A stretch of 64,000 nt of DNA from Vicugna vicugna (GCA_013265495.1 MU058444.1:2294001-2358000), one strand, 5' to 3'; positions 38,986-52,032 are shown, counted from the first letter of the stretch. Notes: generated from the letters alone by a model not told the origin. Program-made: numbers and translations.

Positions 38986-40194
38986 CTCCCCTCCGCCGCC
39001 GCGCCGACACCAGCCACGACACCGGGGCGGTTCCGATTCATGGACGACTCACACACGAGTGTGTGGCCTGCGGGTCCGGCCACCGGCTCACAAATGACTG
39101 GCCCAACAATGAAGCCAGAATCAACAGCCTTCCTGTTCCGAATCTATAGTATCTGGCTCCCCCACCCGGCCGGGACACACATTTTCCATCACTAGACTGC
39201 TGGTTAATTCATTAGCGCAACTCACTCCAAGTCTCAAAAACAAAGCACAAATGCAGGATGTCGGGTCCCAGTTACTTTCCGTTCCAATCGCCTCCCCCAC
39301 CCCGGAGTCTCCCCTCTGACCAGGTCTGAGCCTCTACGTCCTCTTTATTGAATTTTCTTCATGAGAGAAAGCTGGTTCCCCGAGGGGCGCGAGGAGGGAG
39401 GAAGGGCCGGTTGCCAGAAGAGCCTTTTCTTAAGACCCGGAGGACACAAAAGGCAGAATCCGAAGGCAGCGCCAATAAACAAACATCTGAACTCAGTTTG
39501 GAGTTCTTGGGATAATTTAAACTTCTAGCAAAGGAACAGCTGCCAGTGATGTAAATGAGAATGATGCAGTGCAGTGACAGGAAACAGCTCCTCTCCGCCC
39601 CGGGTCCTTGCACGGTGAACCGAGAAACACGGTGCTCTGACCCTCGTGCTGTGCCCGCGCCCGGTCCTCCCTCCACGGAGCAGCAGGAGCAGCTCTGCAG
39701 GGCGTTACCTCACATCAGAGGGCTGTGTCCCCGCAGGGGAAAAGGCACCCAGACGTCGTTCCCTCCTCCTCGGTGGGGTTAAGTTTGTGATGATTTAGGG
39801 GGCCGCCGGCTTACCATGGAAACAAGGATGCTGACGGTCTGTGCTGTGGACCGGGTTCTCAGTAGGATCAAGCACCCAAGGGAAGTCGCCACTTTCCCAT
39901 GGAGAGCTCTGCTGAGGCTCACGCTCAGGACGCAAACTGGAATTCCTGAAACGTACGGGCGGCCTCAGGTCCCTAAGAAGCGAGTGGCAGGCAGGAGCCA
40001 GTGCGGGCTGCTCCGATTGGAGCAGAAACCCTGGGCTGTTCACCAGACCAGTGACAACGGCAGCAAAAAGCAGGCCGTGTGACAACATCCCAAAAGGCAG
40101 GTGGAACAGAGCATAAGTGAACTGGGACCTCACCTCGGTCTATTCAGCCATGTCCCTATGCACTGTCAACACCACCATTTTTTTTAACTTCTGA

Positions 40195-40267
40195 TTTTTT
40201 ATTGAAGTCTAGTCGGTTTATAATGTGTTAATTTCAGGTACACAGCATAGTGATTCAGTTTTGTATT

Positions 40268-40315
<48 letters not shown>

Positions 40316-40417
40316 TTCCCTTTCAGATTCTTTTTCATTATAGGCTATTATGAGGCATTGAATATAGCTAGCTCCCTGTGCTATACCGTAGGACCTTGTC
40401 ATTTATCTATTTTATAT
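40195..40417 (-). mobile_element. L1 3' tail with internal (AT)n(AC)n microsatellite
   Basis: ttttattgaagtctagtcgg...taggaccttgtcatttatctattttata; TSD-like aacaccaccatttt / aacaccgtcatttt. Confidence 0.85.
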
Positions 40418-41579
40418 AACACCGTCATTTTAAAAGTACACATAACATTTCCTGGAAAATAAAGCATCCAAAATTTCTCTTTAGGTTTATTCCTTCCTCC
40501 AAAAGCAGTCTTCCATTTTCTTTTACATGACATGTCATCACTTTGGCTACTCTAATTAATTTATTTAGCTTTTGTGTGTTTTCCTCGTGGCAATAATGTA
40601 TTCAGCAAATAAATAAGTAAAATTGATTTTCTGTATTCGCTGGAGTCCCCAGAGAGTGGTGAGTGGCAGCAAGTCAGGCTCGGCAGGCTACTTTCAACCT
40701 ACTTTATTTTCCAGGCTTTGCTGAAAATTCACCTTGAGCTCTCTGGGGTTGTGTTGGCTGGATCAGTGGAAAGGGGGGACATTCTTAAAGACTTTCTCAA
40801 GAAGTGATTGGGTTCCCTTGGTTGCCTTCTGTCTTCCTGAAAGTGGCTTCCTACCTACCTGTCCTTACGTAAGGTTATCCTTTATCCGTGAGGTTCAATT
40901 TCTTGTAGTTGCCTGCACCCTTTCAGTGAGTATAGTAATTTGATTGTTTACCTCTACAGACAGATGTGGGGAGTAACTGTGAAAAGACTGCTCCTTTCCC
41001 AAAACACTGGGGGCTGATTTTTGTAGAGAGTAAATGCTTTTAATGGGAGAGTCTCAGCTGATTGAACAGCAAAATGTGATTGATACTATGACATAAGACC
41101 CATTTATCACATGTAGCCAGATGGGAACAGGGACTTTCCTGGACCCAAGGGTGTTGGCTGGTGCCGCCTTCTCATCTGGAGGTGTCCTTGGTAAATGGAT
41201 AAAAGAGAAATGAAACAAGACAACCAGCAACACCTCTTTCAGCAACACAGAGGGAAATACAGACAGACACACAGACAGAGGGAAATCATGCTGATGCACA
41301 TGTGGTAAAGTCCCTCCCAAGCTACATGACTCAAGTGTTTTCGCACTATTCAGTTTTAATAGCATTATTCAGTTCTTCCCCACAATAACTGTCATCAACA
41401 TTTCTTACATATAAGGTAAACAATCCACCATTAGGCCCACTGGAACCTTGAAAATTGAGAATGGATTTAAATGACGCTGTTTTGAAGTCCACTGATCCTC
41501 TAAACTATTCTTTATTGATTTGAAATGACTTGCCGATTCACGTCACTACTTTAAAGGTTGTAAGTATGGGTGTGAGAGG

Positions 41580-41800
41580 ACTCAGACATAGAAAACAAAC
41601 TATGGTTACCAAAGGGGAAAGGGCAGGGAGGGATAAATTAGGGGTAGGGGAGTAACAGATCCACACTACTGTATATAAAAGAGATAAACAACAAAGGCCT
41701 ACTGTACAGCACAGGGAACTCTATTCAATTTCTTGTAATAACATATAATGGAAAAGAATCTGAAAAGAAAATACATATTAAAAAAGTCAATAAAAAAGGT
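41580..41800 (+). mobile_element. L1 3' tail fragment
   Basis: actcagacatagaaaacaaactatggttacc...gtacagcacagggaact. Confidence 0.85.
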
Positions 41801-42099
41801 TTTTAAAGCGTATAAGAGGATAGTTCTCCTTTCTTTTGGAAAGCAACCAGGTTCTCTAACCCGAAGTCCAGAGCCTAAACTTTGATCTGGGGCTTGGAAA
41901 GTAAGACAAAGCAGGACAGCCCTTGGGACGAGCAAAAGCTCCAAGTCCCTGTTAAAATAAGTATGTGTCCATCGACAGGAGATTGGTTAGATAAAGGACA
42001 ATGTATCCATACCAGGGACTACTCTGCAGTAATTAAACAAGAATGTTATTGAGCTACATTTAGCAAAGTGAAGAGTTCACATAGAACGATTCCTTTATG

Positions 42100-42269
42100 T
42101 GGAGGGTACAGCTCAGGGGTAGAGTGTGTGCCTAGCATGCACAAGGTCCTGGGTTCAATCCCCAGTACCTCCATATAAGTCAATAAATAAATAAAAAGCC
42201 TAACTACCTCCCAAACAAAAAAAAAAATTTTAAGAGTTTTTAAAAATGTTAATGTGAATTTTTTTTTAA
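42100..42269 (+). mobile_element. tRNA-Ala-derived SINE (Vic-1-like)
   Basis: Family head and tail; TSD agaacgattccttta / agaatgattccttta. Confidence 0.9.
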
Positions 42270-42544
42270 AGAATGATTCCTTTAATGTGTGAGGGGGAGG
42301 GATAGACAGATAGATGATTTACAGATAAATAGGTAGACAGGTGATCGGTAGTTAACTATTTACCAGCGTGTAAACAGCAGTGATCTCTGGGTGATGACTA
42401 ATATTATTAATGAATTTAATTTTATTCCTTACAATGTTTTAATCCAAGACAAACAGGACACAAAAAGATGGCTGAAAAGAAAAAGACACTATATCAAGGA
42501 TCAAAGAAAAAAATCTCAAAGGCTGTGGGAGGAAGTTACTATTT

Positions 42545-42706
42545 AAGATGGTGTTTTTAACTGTTCGGGGGCTCACAAACACCTCTGAAAAGTTGATGAA
42601 ATCTGGGGAAACCTCTCTTTGGCACAAAGAACATAAGCAAATACACATAAGCTCTGCATATGATTTTATGGGGTTCACTGACCCACTGACCCCATGTTAA
42701 GCTCCT
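42545..42706 (+). mobile_element. hAT-Charlie MITE relic (MER103-like)
   Basis: cacctctgaaaagttgatgaaatct...tgcatatgattttatggggttcactgaccc resembles the MER103 consensus as recalled. Confidence 0.5.
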
Positions 42707-42883
42707 AATTTTCACCATCAACTATCATCACCATGTGGCGTGTGTGTTGAGACCAAGAGAAATAGTTAAGAGTGCAGAGTATTCAGAAGAAAGGTAATTA
42801 CGCTAGAAAGACAAAGCTGAGCTAGGTCATCATGTTTCTAACATACAGCTTTTTTTTTTAACTATGTAAAGCCCTATTAAGTC

Positions 42884-43043
42884 TTTTTTTTTTAATTGAA
42901 GTATAGTTGGTTACAATGTGTCAATTTCTCTGCTGTACAGCATCATGTCCCTGTCATGCATATACATACATATATTTGTTTTCATATTCTTTTTCATTAA
43001 AGGTTATTTTAAGATATTGAGTATAGTTCCCTGTGCTCTACAG
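42884..43043 (-). mobile_element. L1 3' tail fragment
   Basis: ttttttaattgaagtatagttggttacaatgtgtc...tatagttccctgtgct. Confidence 0.85.
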
Positions 43044-44288
43044 TTTATTTATATACATATATATATATATAATATATTATATATATGACTGAGACACCTC
43101 TGGACTGACATTAGATCTCTACAACCAAAAAAAAAAACCCACCAGATTGTGAGAAACCAAAAATCCATGTATTGTGTCTCATTACAACCTAGCCATTAAG
43201 GCAGTTTTAACAATTGAATTAGATCACCAAAAGCTTTAACATGATTTTCCGAAACGCCGACCCATTCACATGGTATAAAAACAACTCAAATCTCCTAAAG
43301 CCAGGATAATTACATAATGTGATATTTTTAGAAGAGGAACTAAACAATAACTTCGCTAACTGAAACCCCGGTAGGGGAGCTGAGGTAGATACAATGGCCC
43401 TGCCTCCCCTGGAAACCGGCCAGGCTTAGCACCCTGGTCTGCAGGAAATTACCTCTGCACCCAGCATCCTCTAAGGGCGACAAGAAACAAGTGCAGGGAT
43501 TAGGGCTTTCAAGTAGCCAGACTTCTAGAATCCCAGAGGCTGGACAGTGGACTTTCACAAACCCACGTGCTTGAGATTCATGAATATTTCTGTAAACATA
43601 TTTCCAAAAATTTAACCAAAAGAATAAAAAGCATCTGAGGAATCAGTAAGACAAATTCAGGCTGCGAGGCATTCTACAAGATAATCATCCTGGACTTCTC
43701 AAAAAAAAATAGGAAAAAGGTCAATGTCAGGAAACAGACACACCCCAGAAGCAGGGACTGTTTAAATGGAAAGAGACAAAAGTATAACAACCTTGATGGG
43801 AGTCTGTATTTCTTTTTGAGCTCAAAAGTCACGTTAGAGACAACTGCGAGACTCTGAAAGTGGACCACGGATTGCCTTCAAATTTTCTGTACACCTGAAT
43901 GTTTTCAAAATGAAGAGTTGCGAAGAAACACAAAGTAAGGGCTTTTTTTTTTTTTAAAGTATTGCTCAGTCCAGGCCTGTTCTCACCAGATCACATCCAC
44001 CCAACCCACCCCATTCCAAGCACACGGTGACATCACCCAGCTAAGTGACCTCTCATCACATTTCCTCATAGACACTTGGAGAAGCATGGAAGCTGGACCG
44101 ACAACAAGACCTCAGAGCAAGGTGGTCTGCCTGCCTTAGTCCTGAGCACAGTGGATGGAAGCCGAGAAAATTGCCCCTGGGTTAGGCATTCAACACACAA
44201 TCCAGTGAACACAAAGCTGGTTTCATATCGCATCATCGATTGTATTTTATATAAACTGAAAAATAGACATCAAAATTTCAAATAAGTG

Positions 44289-44458
44289 TACTACTGTATA
44301 TAGCACAGGAAACTATATTCAATTTCTTGTAATAACATCTAATGGAAAAGAATCTGAAAAGAATATAAATGTATGTACCTATGTGTATAACTGAATCACT
44401 TTGCTGGAAGCCTGAAACTAACGTTGTAAATCAACTACACTTTAATAAAAAATGTTTT
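44289..44458 (+). mobile_element. L1 3' tail fragment
   Basis: ctactgtatatagcacagg...gtaaatcaactacactttaataaaaa; TSD-like aaaatttcaaataagtg / aaaattcagaataagtg. Confidence 0.85.
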
Positions 44459-46754
44459 AAAAATTCAGAATAAGTGAAGATCCAATTTTATTTAAAATTC
44501 CACTGCTTAGGTAAGTACAAAAACTCACTTCTTGCATAGGGTATAAAAATACATGATATGGCCCAAGACTATTCTTCCATACTCATTTTTTATTTGGAAA
44601 TAAGTGAAAAAGCAAGGGCATGTTATCCGATTTTAGGGATTCCCAGGAAAACCATCCCTCTCACAAATCAAGAGATAACAGAAGAAAACAGTTAAGGAAA
44701 ATGGGGGGGGGTTAACCCCTTGAAGACAAAATGACTTACGGAAAACTTTGGGGATCATGTGCTTGTTTCTGTTTAAAATTTTTTCAAAGCGAGCTGAATC
44801 ATTCAATTCAAGCACTCTTTCATCAGATAAGTAATTCTTTTTAAAACTATTTTATTTCTTTTTTAAAATTGAAGTATATAGTCAGTTACAATGTGTCAGT
44901 TTCTGGTATATAGCACAATGTCAAATAAATAACTCTTAACCAGCCTCTCAACTGCAAACCACCTTTAAACAGTAAAGGCGGGAGGGGGCCTTTTTGGTGG
45001 GGTCTAGACTGGTTCTCAGTCTCTCCTTTGAGGGAAGACTTGCGGGAGCCTTAACTCAAAGAGGATGGGGAATCTGGTGGAGCTGGAGAAGAGAGGTCAG
45101 AGGGAGGGGAGGCTGGAAGGTTCCTGGATCTGATCAGGGAGAAGGTTTTGGGCAGAGAGTTAGGGAAGTCAAAGGTTTCTTTCTGGGTGGAAGGCCCAGT
45201 TCATCAGCCCCTGAAATGAGAGCACTGGGGTTTAGGACACAAATTCTGCAGGGTAGAAAGATTGTGCACTGGTTAGAGTGTTCCTTGGTGTTCTGTTTCT
45301 GGGCCGACAGGGCTCACCAATGGGACACAGGGAGGAGGACCTCACCATCTTTCCCCTCCTGCTGGGTGAGACGCTCTGCAAGGTAAGTATCAAAGGCTCA
45401 CTTCCCCAGCCGCCCGGCTTCGGATTCTAGGCAGTCTTGGCTCAGCTCCAAGACATTCTGCAAGACTTCCTTCCTTTCAGTTTAACCAGCAAGTTAAATT
45501 CACTTACTGAGTGATTGCAGTCAGCGGCCATACGATGCATTTTCACTCATTATCTTATTTAATACTCTGGAACCCAATAAGGAAACATGTTTAGGGAGGG
45601 TAAGTCTCTTATACACAGTCGTGCTGTGAGTAGAAGGCAGAGCCTGGATCTCCATCTTGGTCCTTTGGGCCCCAAAGCCTGTGTCGTCAAGGGCCCTGGA
45701 ACGTGGTCCCAGGCACTTGGAGGAACATCCCTCAACGATCTTACCAGGTATTTGGAGCCCCCAAAAGGGTCAGACTAGTTCTGTGTTCAGTTCAGCCCAA
45801 AGCATGGAAGGTGACCCGGAGACAGGTATCTGTTCACAGTAAGGAAAAACCATCCAAAAAGATGCAACTGCTCATAAGAGGAAAGGTCAGCTTTGGGTGG
45901 CAGTGGGCTCCTTCCAACTGGGGGGACCAGGCCTTCCCTGAGGGGAACAGTTCTCTCTCAACAACCAAGATTCTCTGGTGCTGTGGGCTCTCACACCTCC
46001 ATACATCCTCTCCCCCAGTAAATTACAAATGAAAGAAAGACTGTGTTCAGTATCAAAACACCAAAGTTTTTGAAAACTGTGAAAAATCTTTCAAATTTTT
46101 TTGCAAGTCCGCCTTAACAAAATCATCTTAAAATTAGAGAAACAGAGGCATCAAGAACCGGTTTGTATTTGGGCATCAGCAAATAGACTTTCCAAACTGA
46201 GGAAGGACACTGTAAAGAATGTGCTTAAAAGAAAAGCAAAACAGAGCTCTGAAAGTAGCCCCACAAAACAGAAACATGTTAGGAAGACAATGAAAAACAT
46301 CTTTACCTAGAGAATGCTTAATCTTCTGTTTCAAATGGATGTTTGTTTATGTCAATCAATTCAAAATATGTCTTCATAACCCACAAGCTTCTGCCTTGGA
46401 GGAGCTTAACAGCTAACTGGGAGAGTGAAGGTGGTAAGTCAGCCAACATATAATTAAATATTTTCATCTTGTCTTTACACATTACGCTGAAAAACACGGC
46501 TTCTAGTGGAATAGTATAAATATATACATAAAAATATGGCTTATCGCACAAAGTCAATTAGGAGAGAGGGCTGGTTCAGGAACAGATTGGAGAATCTGTG
46601 GTCCCTTTGGAAGCCAGGGTGGAGATGCAGGTGTTCCCTCAACACCTTCCTTCCTCCATCAGCAACATACCCAAACCTGTCCACACTGATAGAGCCACCC
46701 TGCGGGTGCGTGACGCTGGCCTGCCCACTTTTAAAAACAAATTAATAGCAAACA

Positions 46755-46904
46755 TTTTTTTAAACTTTATTTATTTTATCTCTAGGGGAGAGGGAGGTAA
46801 TTAGGTTTATTTATTTATTTATTTTTGGAGGAGGGACTGGGGACTGAACCCAGAACCTCCTGCATGCTAAGCATGTGCTCTACCACTTGAACTATACCCT
46901 CCCC
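46755..46904 (-). mobile_element. tRNA-Ala-derived SINE (Vic-1-like)
   Basis: Reverse-oriented copy; TSD aatagcaaacattt / aatggcaaacattt. Confidence 0.9.
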
Positions 46905-48196
46905 TCAATGGCAAACATTTCTTAAAAACTGGGCATTTGACATGAAAATGCAGGTGTGCAATGTCGGTTCTAGCAGTAGTTTCCCCTTTTTTAGAAAGAA
47001 CGTAACACTATCCAGGCTGACACAGTCCCTACCTGGCCGCGTTATCCATTTATGACACTTGCCCCTGCAGGCATCTGATTCTGCACCCCTGGCACAAATT
47101 AAGGCACGGGTGATGTTGTGCATTCAGAGATGAAGAAATGACAAGAGCAGGGGAATGCAGGGATACTGGTGATAAATAAAAAAAAAGTGGATGGCGGTTT
47201 AAACCTAAAGAAGAAGAGAACTGGAGAGGAGGAGACAAAACAAAACAAAAAGAAGAGGGCTCCCTAAAGATCTCAGTTAAATTAGTGTCAAGATGAAATG
47301 GGTAGCACCCTGTTCCTACTGACGTCCCAGTTCTGATCAATTCTGCTCCATCCCCCACCAAGAACCGGAAACGGACCCGCTAGAGGGCTCAGGCAGCACT
47401 GGCTCATAATCTCTGTGAATCGCGCTGGACCACCTCCCTCACCACTGCTGCTGAGTCGGCAGCTTTTGGTCCTGCCCCTACCCACGGTCAAGCCTGCTCC
47501 CCCCAGGTTTCTCCTGTCCTTGTCTAGGTCACAGGGAAGCTGGGATGCCAAGGACTCTAGACAGCCAGGACCTGCTCTGACTTCTGCTGGGGAGAAGACG
47601 TGGGCTCTGATCCCTCACGCAGATCTCTCAGGTGTTAGCCCAGGATGTTCTCAGAGACCGAGCCCCAGTCAGCATCTTCGCTGTCTGGTCGTAAGGTTAA
47701 AGATTTGCCTGACACGGCAGAGACTGGACGTCAGGTAAACGCTTTATGACCCTGGGAAACTGCTGGGCCTTGCCAGGCTTTGTTTTCTCATCTGAGAAAT
47801 GGGGAACAGTACATAAGACACAGGGCTGGTGTGGCAGAATCGGCAGTAAGAATAAGTCGACCTGCTAAGTGCTAAGAGCAACATCCAATGAGTAGAAACT
47901 TCAGCATCATGTGATGTGACCTACTCATGCTTGTGTGATCCAGGCGCAGAGGACTAAGTCTATCTGAGCCAATGTGACTGTCACTCCAGGAAATTCAAAA
48001 CAATAAACAGAGACGCAGACACTGGAAGTTACTGGCACGAGGTCACATGAATAGCCGCTCTCAGGAGGCGAGGTCCATGTCGTCCCCTCATGCTCCCTTC
48101 CCAACCTCGGTTTCTGAACCTTCAGTTCTTTGGGATACCCTTGTATCTTTCCAATACATTCCTCTCTTTCTATTCTTTTAAATTCAATTGGGGGTC

Positions 48197-48331
48197 GGCA
48201 GGAGAGTATAGCTCAGTGGTAGGGTACATGCCTAGCATGCAAGAGGTCTTGGGTTCAATCCCCAGTACCTCCATTTAAAGATAAATAAGTAAATAAATCT
48301 AATTCTGCCCCCCCCAAAAAAAGAAAAAAAA
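48197..48331 (+). mobile_element. tRNA-Ala-derived SINE (Vic-1-like)
   Basis: GTATAGCTCAGTGGTAG...GGTTCAATCCCCAGTACCTCC and tail. Confidence 0.88.
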
Positions 48332-50666
48332 TGCAATTTTTTCCTTTAAATTCATTGTCTCTGTTGTTGGAGATGACAACAACAAAGCACTTAGACAAAC
48401 ATATTATATAAAACAAGCAATTATACTCCATTCTTCCCCGTTGAAACATAAGCAAGGCTATGTCTCTGTACCTTCATTTTCATTGCCTGCCTTCATTAAT
48501 GAGACTGAGGATGACAGCTTTTACACAGCTATTCTCCCCCTGCACTTACTGCTGCAATTAAGTGGCACAATTGCTTTTTCATTTAAAAAAGGTGGTTCTT
48601 AGTGCACTGAAGCCAAGTCCCGGTAACGTTAAGTGCCTGAGGGCACTTCTATTGCCACCTGCTGAGGACAACGAAGTTTGTTCCATGTATGTTCAGTGAA
48701 AAATAACCCGGTGCCGTAAGCCACAGCTGACTGGGACATGAGGAGGTCCACTGCCTCAGGGCTGGCTTGCTGGAAAACGCTGCCCTCATAATGAGGATGC
48801 TTCGGGCTGGAGGGTGGACCCCGTCCAATCACAGCCTTCCCTCTGGGGAATAAGGGCTACGTGCATCCCAAATGCCCTTAACGAAGAGTTGAGTGTCCCT
48901 AAGATCTGCTGCCCATCCTGGCCTCCCAACACTTGAGATGCATCCACGTGGTCCAAAGCCCCTGCATCTCCACTGAGGGCCACCCCAGGTTTCCTTTGCT
49001 CTTTGAAACAGATCTCTCTTTCAGAAGGTCATGTGGGTCTGTCCCTTTCTCGCTCTATGCCTGGGGGAGGCTAGGCATCCGGGAAGGAAACAGAAACAGC
49101 CTGCACGCATCATACCTGACTTTTATCCTCCACGAACCTAAACTTGCCGAGGCTAAGGTTATAGTAAAAGGCAGAGGGCTCTGGGGAAGAAGACTTTCCC
49201 CAGCCTGAAAAAGAGGCCCTCGGGCTAGACAGAGCATCTGTGGATCATGGAGGATGCTTCTTGAGAAGACGATCAGAGACAGTGGTGCCTGGTGTCCAGC
49301 GGGACAGGCCACATGGTTAACCTCTCAAAAGACCCCTGTTCTGAGAGTGACCCACAGCATCCTCAGGGCCCGTGGAGCAGCCACGGGGGGTGGGGGGGAC
49401 AGCACAACCTGCAGGCACACATGTTCCCTCCTATCCCGGCACCCTGACCTCGAATAGGACCGCGGAACCTTAACACAACTCTAAGAGCTCTGAGGTGGAG
49501 GAAGTGAGTTGCCAGGTGGGCAACCGGGAGTCAGATCCTAAGCTGAGAGGAAAAAAGAGAAAGTGATTTATCTCACAGCAGAGCTTACAGCCTAAGAGTC
49601 AAACTTGCTGTGTGCATGCATCCTGACTTTGGATCGGAGGCATGGGAGTGGCCCCCACGACCATCTGCTGAATGCACCCAGGGGCCCAGCAGCGGATCCT
49701 GGGGGCGGAGAGACCCAGAGAGGACGTCCTGCCAAGCAGGGTGAGAAGTGCCCTGAGTGTCTGTCTGTCTGTCTCTCACACACACTCACACAACAAGACC
49801 ACCTCCTCCCACCTCTCCTCCTTGCTCCAGCAGCGTTTTTCATTTTAGGGCTCCTTTGGATGATTCTAGAACCAGAGAAGAGGGAGCGTGCTTGCTGACT
49901 GCCACCTCGTTCCAAAACGGGCATCAGGTAACTAACAGGGTGGCAGTGGGGGGAGGGGAGAAGGCTGTGGGGACTGACAAGTTCTCTGTTCGGTGCCCCA
50001 GACCCGGGGAGAGCGTGGGGTGCTTAGACAGGTAAGGTGGGAGCAGCAGCAGGTGAGGCTGGGGAAGCAGGTGGCGGGTGGAGGTCACGCAGCGCTGGAG
50101 CCTGACTTGACAGTGTAGGAGTCGGACTGCCGAGGAAGGGGGGTGGTAAGTGTGCGTCCTGATAGACTGGTGACTGTGACAGCCATGGAGAGACTGGACT
50201 GCGGAGTCTAACTCAGACAAGATTAGGTGGCAGTTACTGTGACTGTCCAGCAAATGATGACATTTGAACTGAACCACAGCCATGAAGGATGGAGGGATAT
50301 TGCAGAAATACTGAGAGACTGGAAAAAGGGCAGGTGAGAGGTAGGCTGAACTGTGGCTGCTGCAGCAGAGGTCAAGGCAGTGACCTGGAAGGAGCAAGAA
50401 GGTTGGGAATCAGGCCTTGGTGTTCCCAGTGGGGAGCCAGAGAGGGGCCAGGGAGAAATGAGGGGGTCCCAGACCCATCATACAAGGAGGCACGAGGCAG
50501 CCAGCCCTCCAGTGAGCCCCGGAGTGAGTGCATGGTGATTCAGACTGGCTTAAGGAGAAGGCTGGCCACCCTCCAGGAGACCCTCATTTCCCTCCAACTT
50601 GGACCCTGGCCCTTGGCACCGCAGGGAGTGACCCAGGAGCTGCCCTGAGGGAAGCTGTGAGGCTCT

Positions 50667-50929
50667 GTGGACCAAAGCATCCTGCATCTGTCCCTGCCTC
50701 CCACGCGGACCAAAGCATCCTACATCTGTCCCCACCTCCCACATGGACCAAAGCATCCTGCATCTGTCCCCGCCTCCCACATGGACCAAAGCATCCTGCC
50801 TCTGTCCCCGCCTCCCACATGGACCAAAGCATCCTGCATCCATCCCCGTCTCCCACATGGACTAAAGAATCCTGCATCTGTCCCTGCCTCCCACATGGAC
50901 CAAAGCATCCGGCATCTGTCCTCCCTCCC
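50667..50929. repeat. 38-bp minisatellite, about 7 copies
   Basis: Unit GGACCAAAGCATCCTGCATCTGTCCCCGCCTCCCACAT starting at 50669, 50707, 50745, 50783, 50821, 50859 and 50897 (last partial). Confidence 0.97.
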
Positions 50930-51624
50930 TCCTGCACACAAGAACAGGCATGTGCTACCAATCATGCTCACTGTCCTTTCACACAGAGATTGTACCGAAG
51001 AAGCTCACAGACAGACATGCCATTTACATATATTTTTTGTGACGTTGTATGAGCCGTGATATTACATGACTTAAAGACCCCAAAACAATACTCGTATTTT
51101 TCTGACTTCCATTGTCTCTAACAAGTAAACATGTCAACTCTCCCCCCATGCTTTAAAAACAAATTCATTCCTTCTTCCACAGAGCCTTCTGCACAGTTCT
51201 TATCACTTATAATCCTGTGTCCCTCCACCCCATCACCCTTAGTCATATTGAACACTTAGGATTTGTGTGAATTCCAGTGTCCACTTTCCTCCCCTTCCCA
51301 GCTGCACTCCTGACCCCAAAATACTGCTTGAGGGTTTTTTCCTCCTCTCTTCCTCAACTGGTGCTTCCCCAGCCAGTCTGAGAGCTTCTTCCAACAATAA
51401 CAACACCAAGAATTTTTTTAAATTCCAGAAAACCACATGACGAATCCTATCAGAAACACAAACACGACATGGAATAAATGGGGAGCCCGTGTGGCCCACT
51501 ATATTTCTTCCTGAACTAGTCCTGTGTCTGTATCCACAGTACAGCTGGACACAGCTGGAAAGTTAGCAGGTGAAGAATCCTGCTATCTTAAAAAATCTAT
51601 TCAGTGGAAATCATTATTTATTAA

Positions 51625-52032
51625 TATGATGGTTAATTTTATACATCAACTTGGTAAGGTCATGGCACACAGTTTTTGGCAAAACATCAGTCTAGATGTT
51701 GCCGTGAAGGTACTTTTTTAAATATGGTTTCGAGTACAGCAACTCCATACTGTGGGTGGGCCTTGTCCAAGCAGTTGAAGGCCTTCAGAGCAAAGACTAA
51801 GGTTTTCTGACAAAGAAGAAATAATTCTCAAGAATGCAACACAGAAACCCAACCTGAGGTTCCAGCCTGACGTCCTGCAGAATTCGGACTCAAGACTGCA
51901 ACATCAGCTCTTATGTGAATTTCCACCTGCTGATCTGTCCTGCAGGTTATGGCTTTGCCAGACCCATGAACACGTGAGATAATTCTTCCAAATAAATCCA
52001 TATGCGTGTGTCCCACAGGTTCTGTTTCTCTT
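51625..52032 (+). mobile_element. ERVL solo LTR (MLT2-like)
   Basis: tgatggttaatttt...tctagatgttgccgtgaaggta...ggactcaagactgcaacatcagctctt...ggttctgtttctct. Confidence 0.75.

Larger units (their letters stand above)
38500..39180. promoter_or_regulatory. Second CpG island / alternative DST promoter around the ATG-only exon
   Basis: High CpG density, GC boxes (GGGGCGG at about 38961 and 39024), SOX-like AACAATG at about 39105; CpG-rich sequence continues to about 40000. Confidence 0.7.

Noticed and set aside
49508..49524. Palindromic GTTGCC-N5-GGCAAC as an RFX X-box
   Set aside because: The 5-nt spacer exceeds the usual 0-3 nt; a 6-bp inverted repeat is expected by chance.
50667..50929. CRISPR-like regular repeats and a repetitive protein ORF
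   Set aside because: Units are head-to-tail with no unique spacers, there are no cas genes, and the context is a mammalian intron. The ORFs arise from the repeat.
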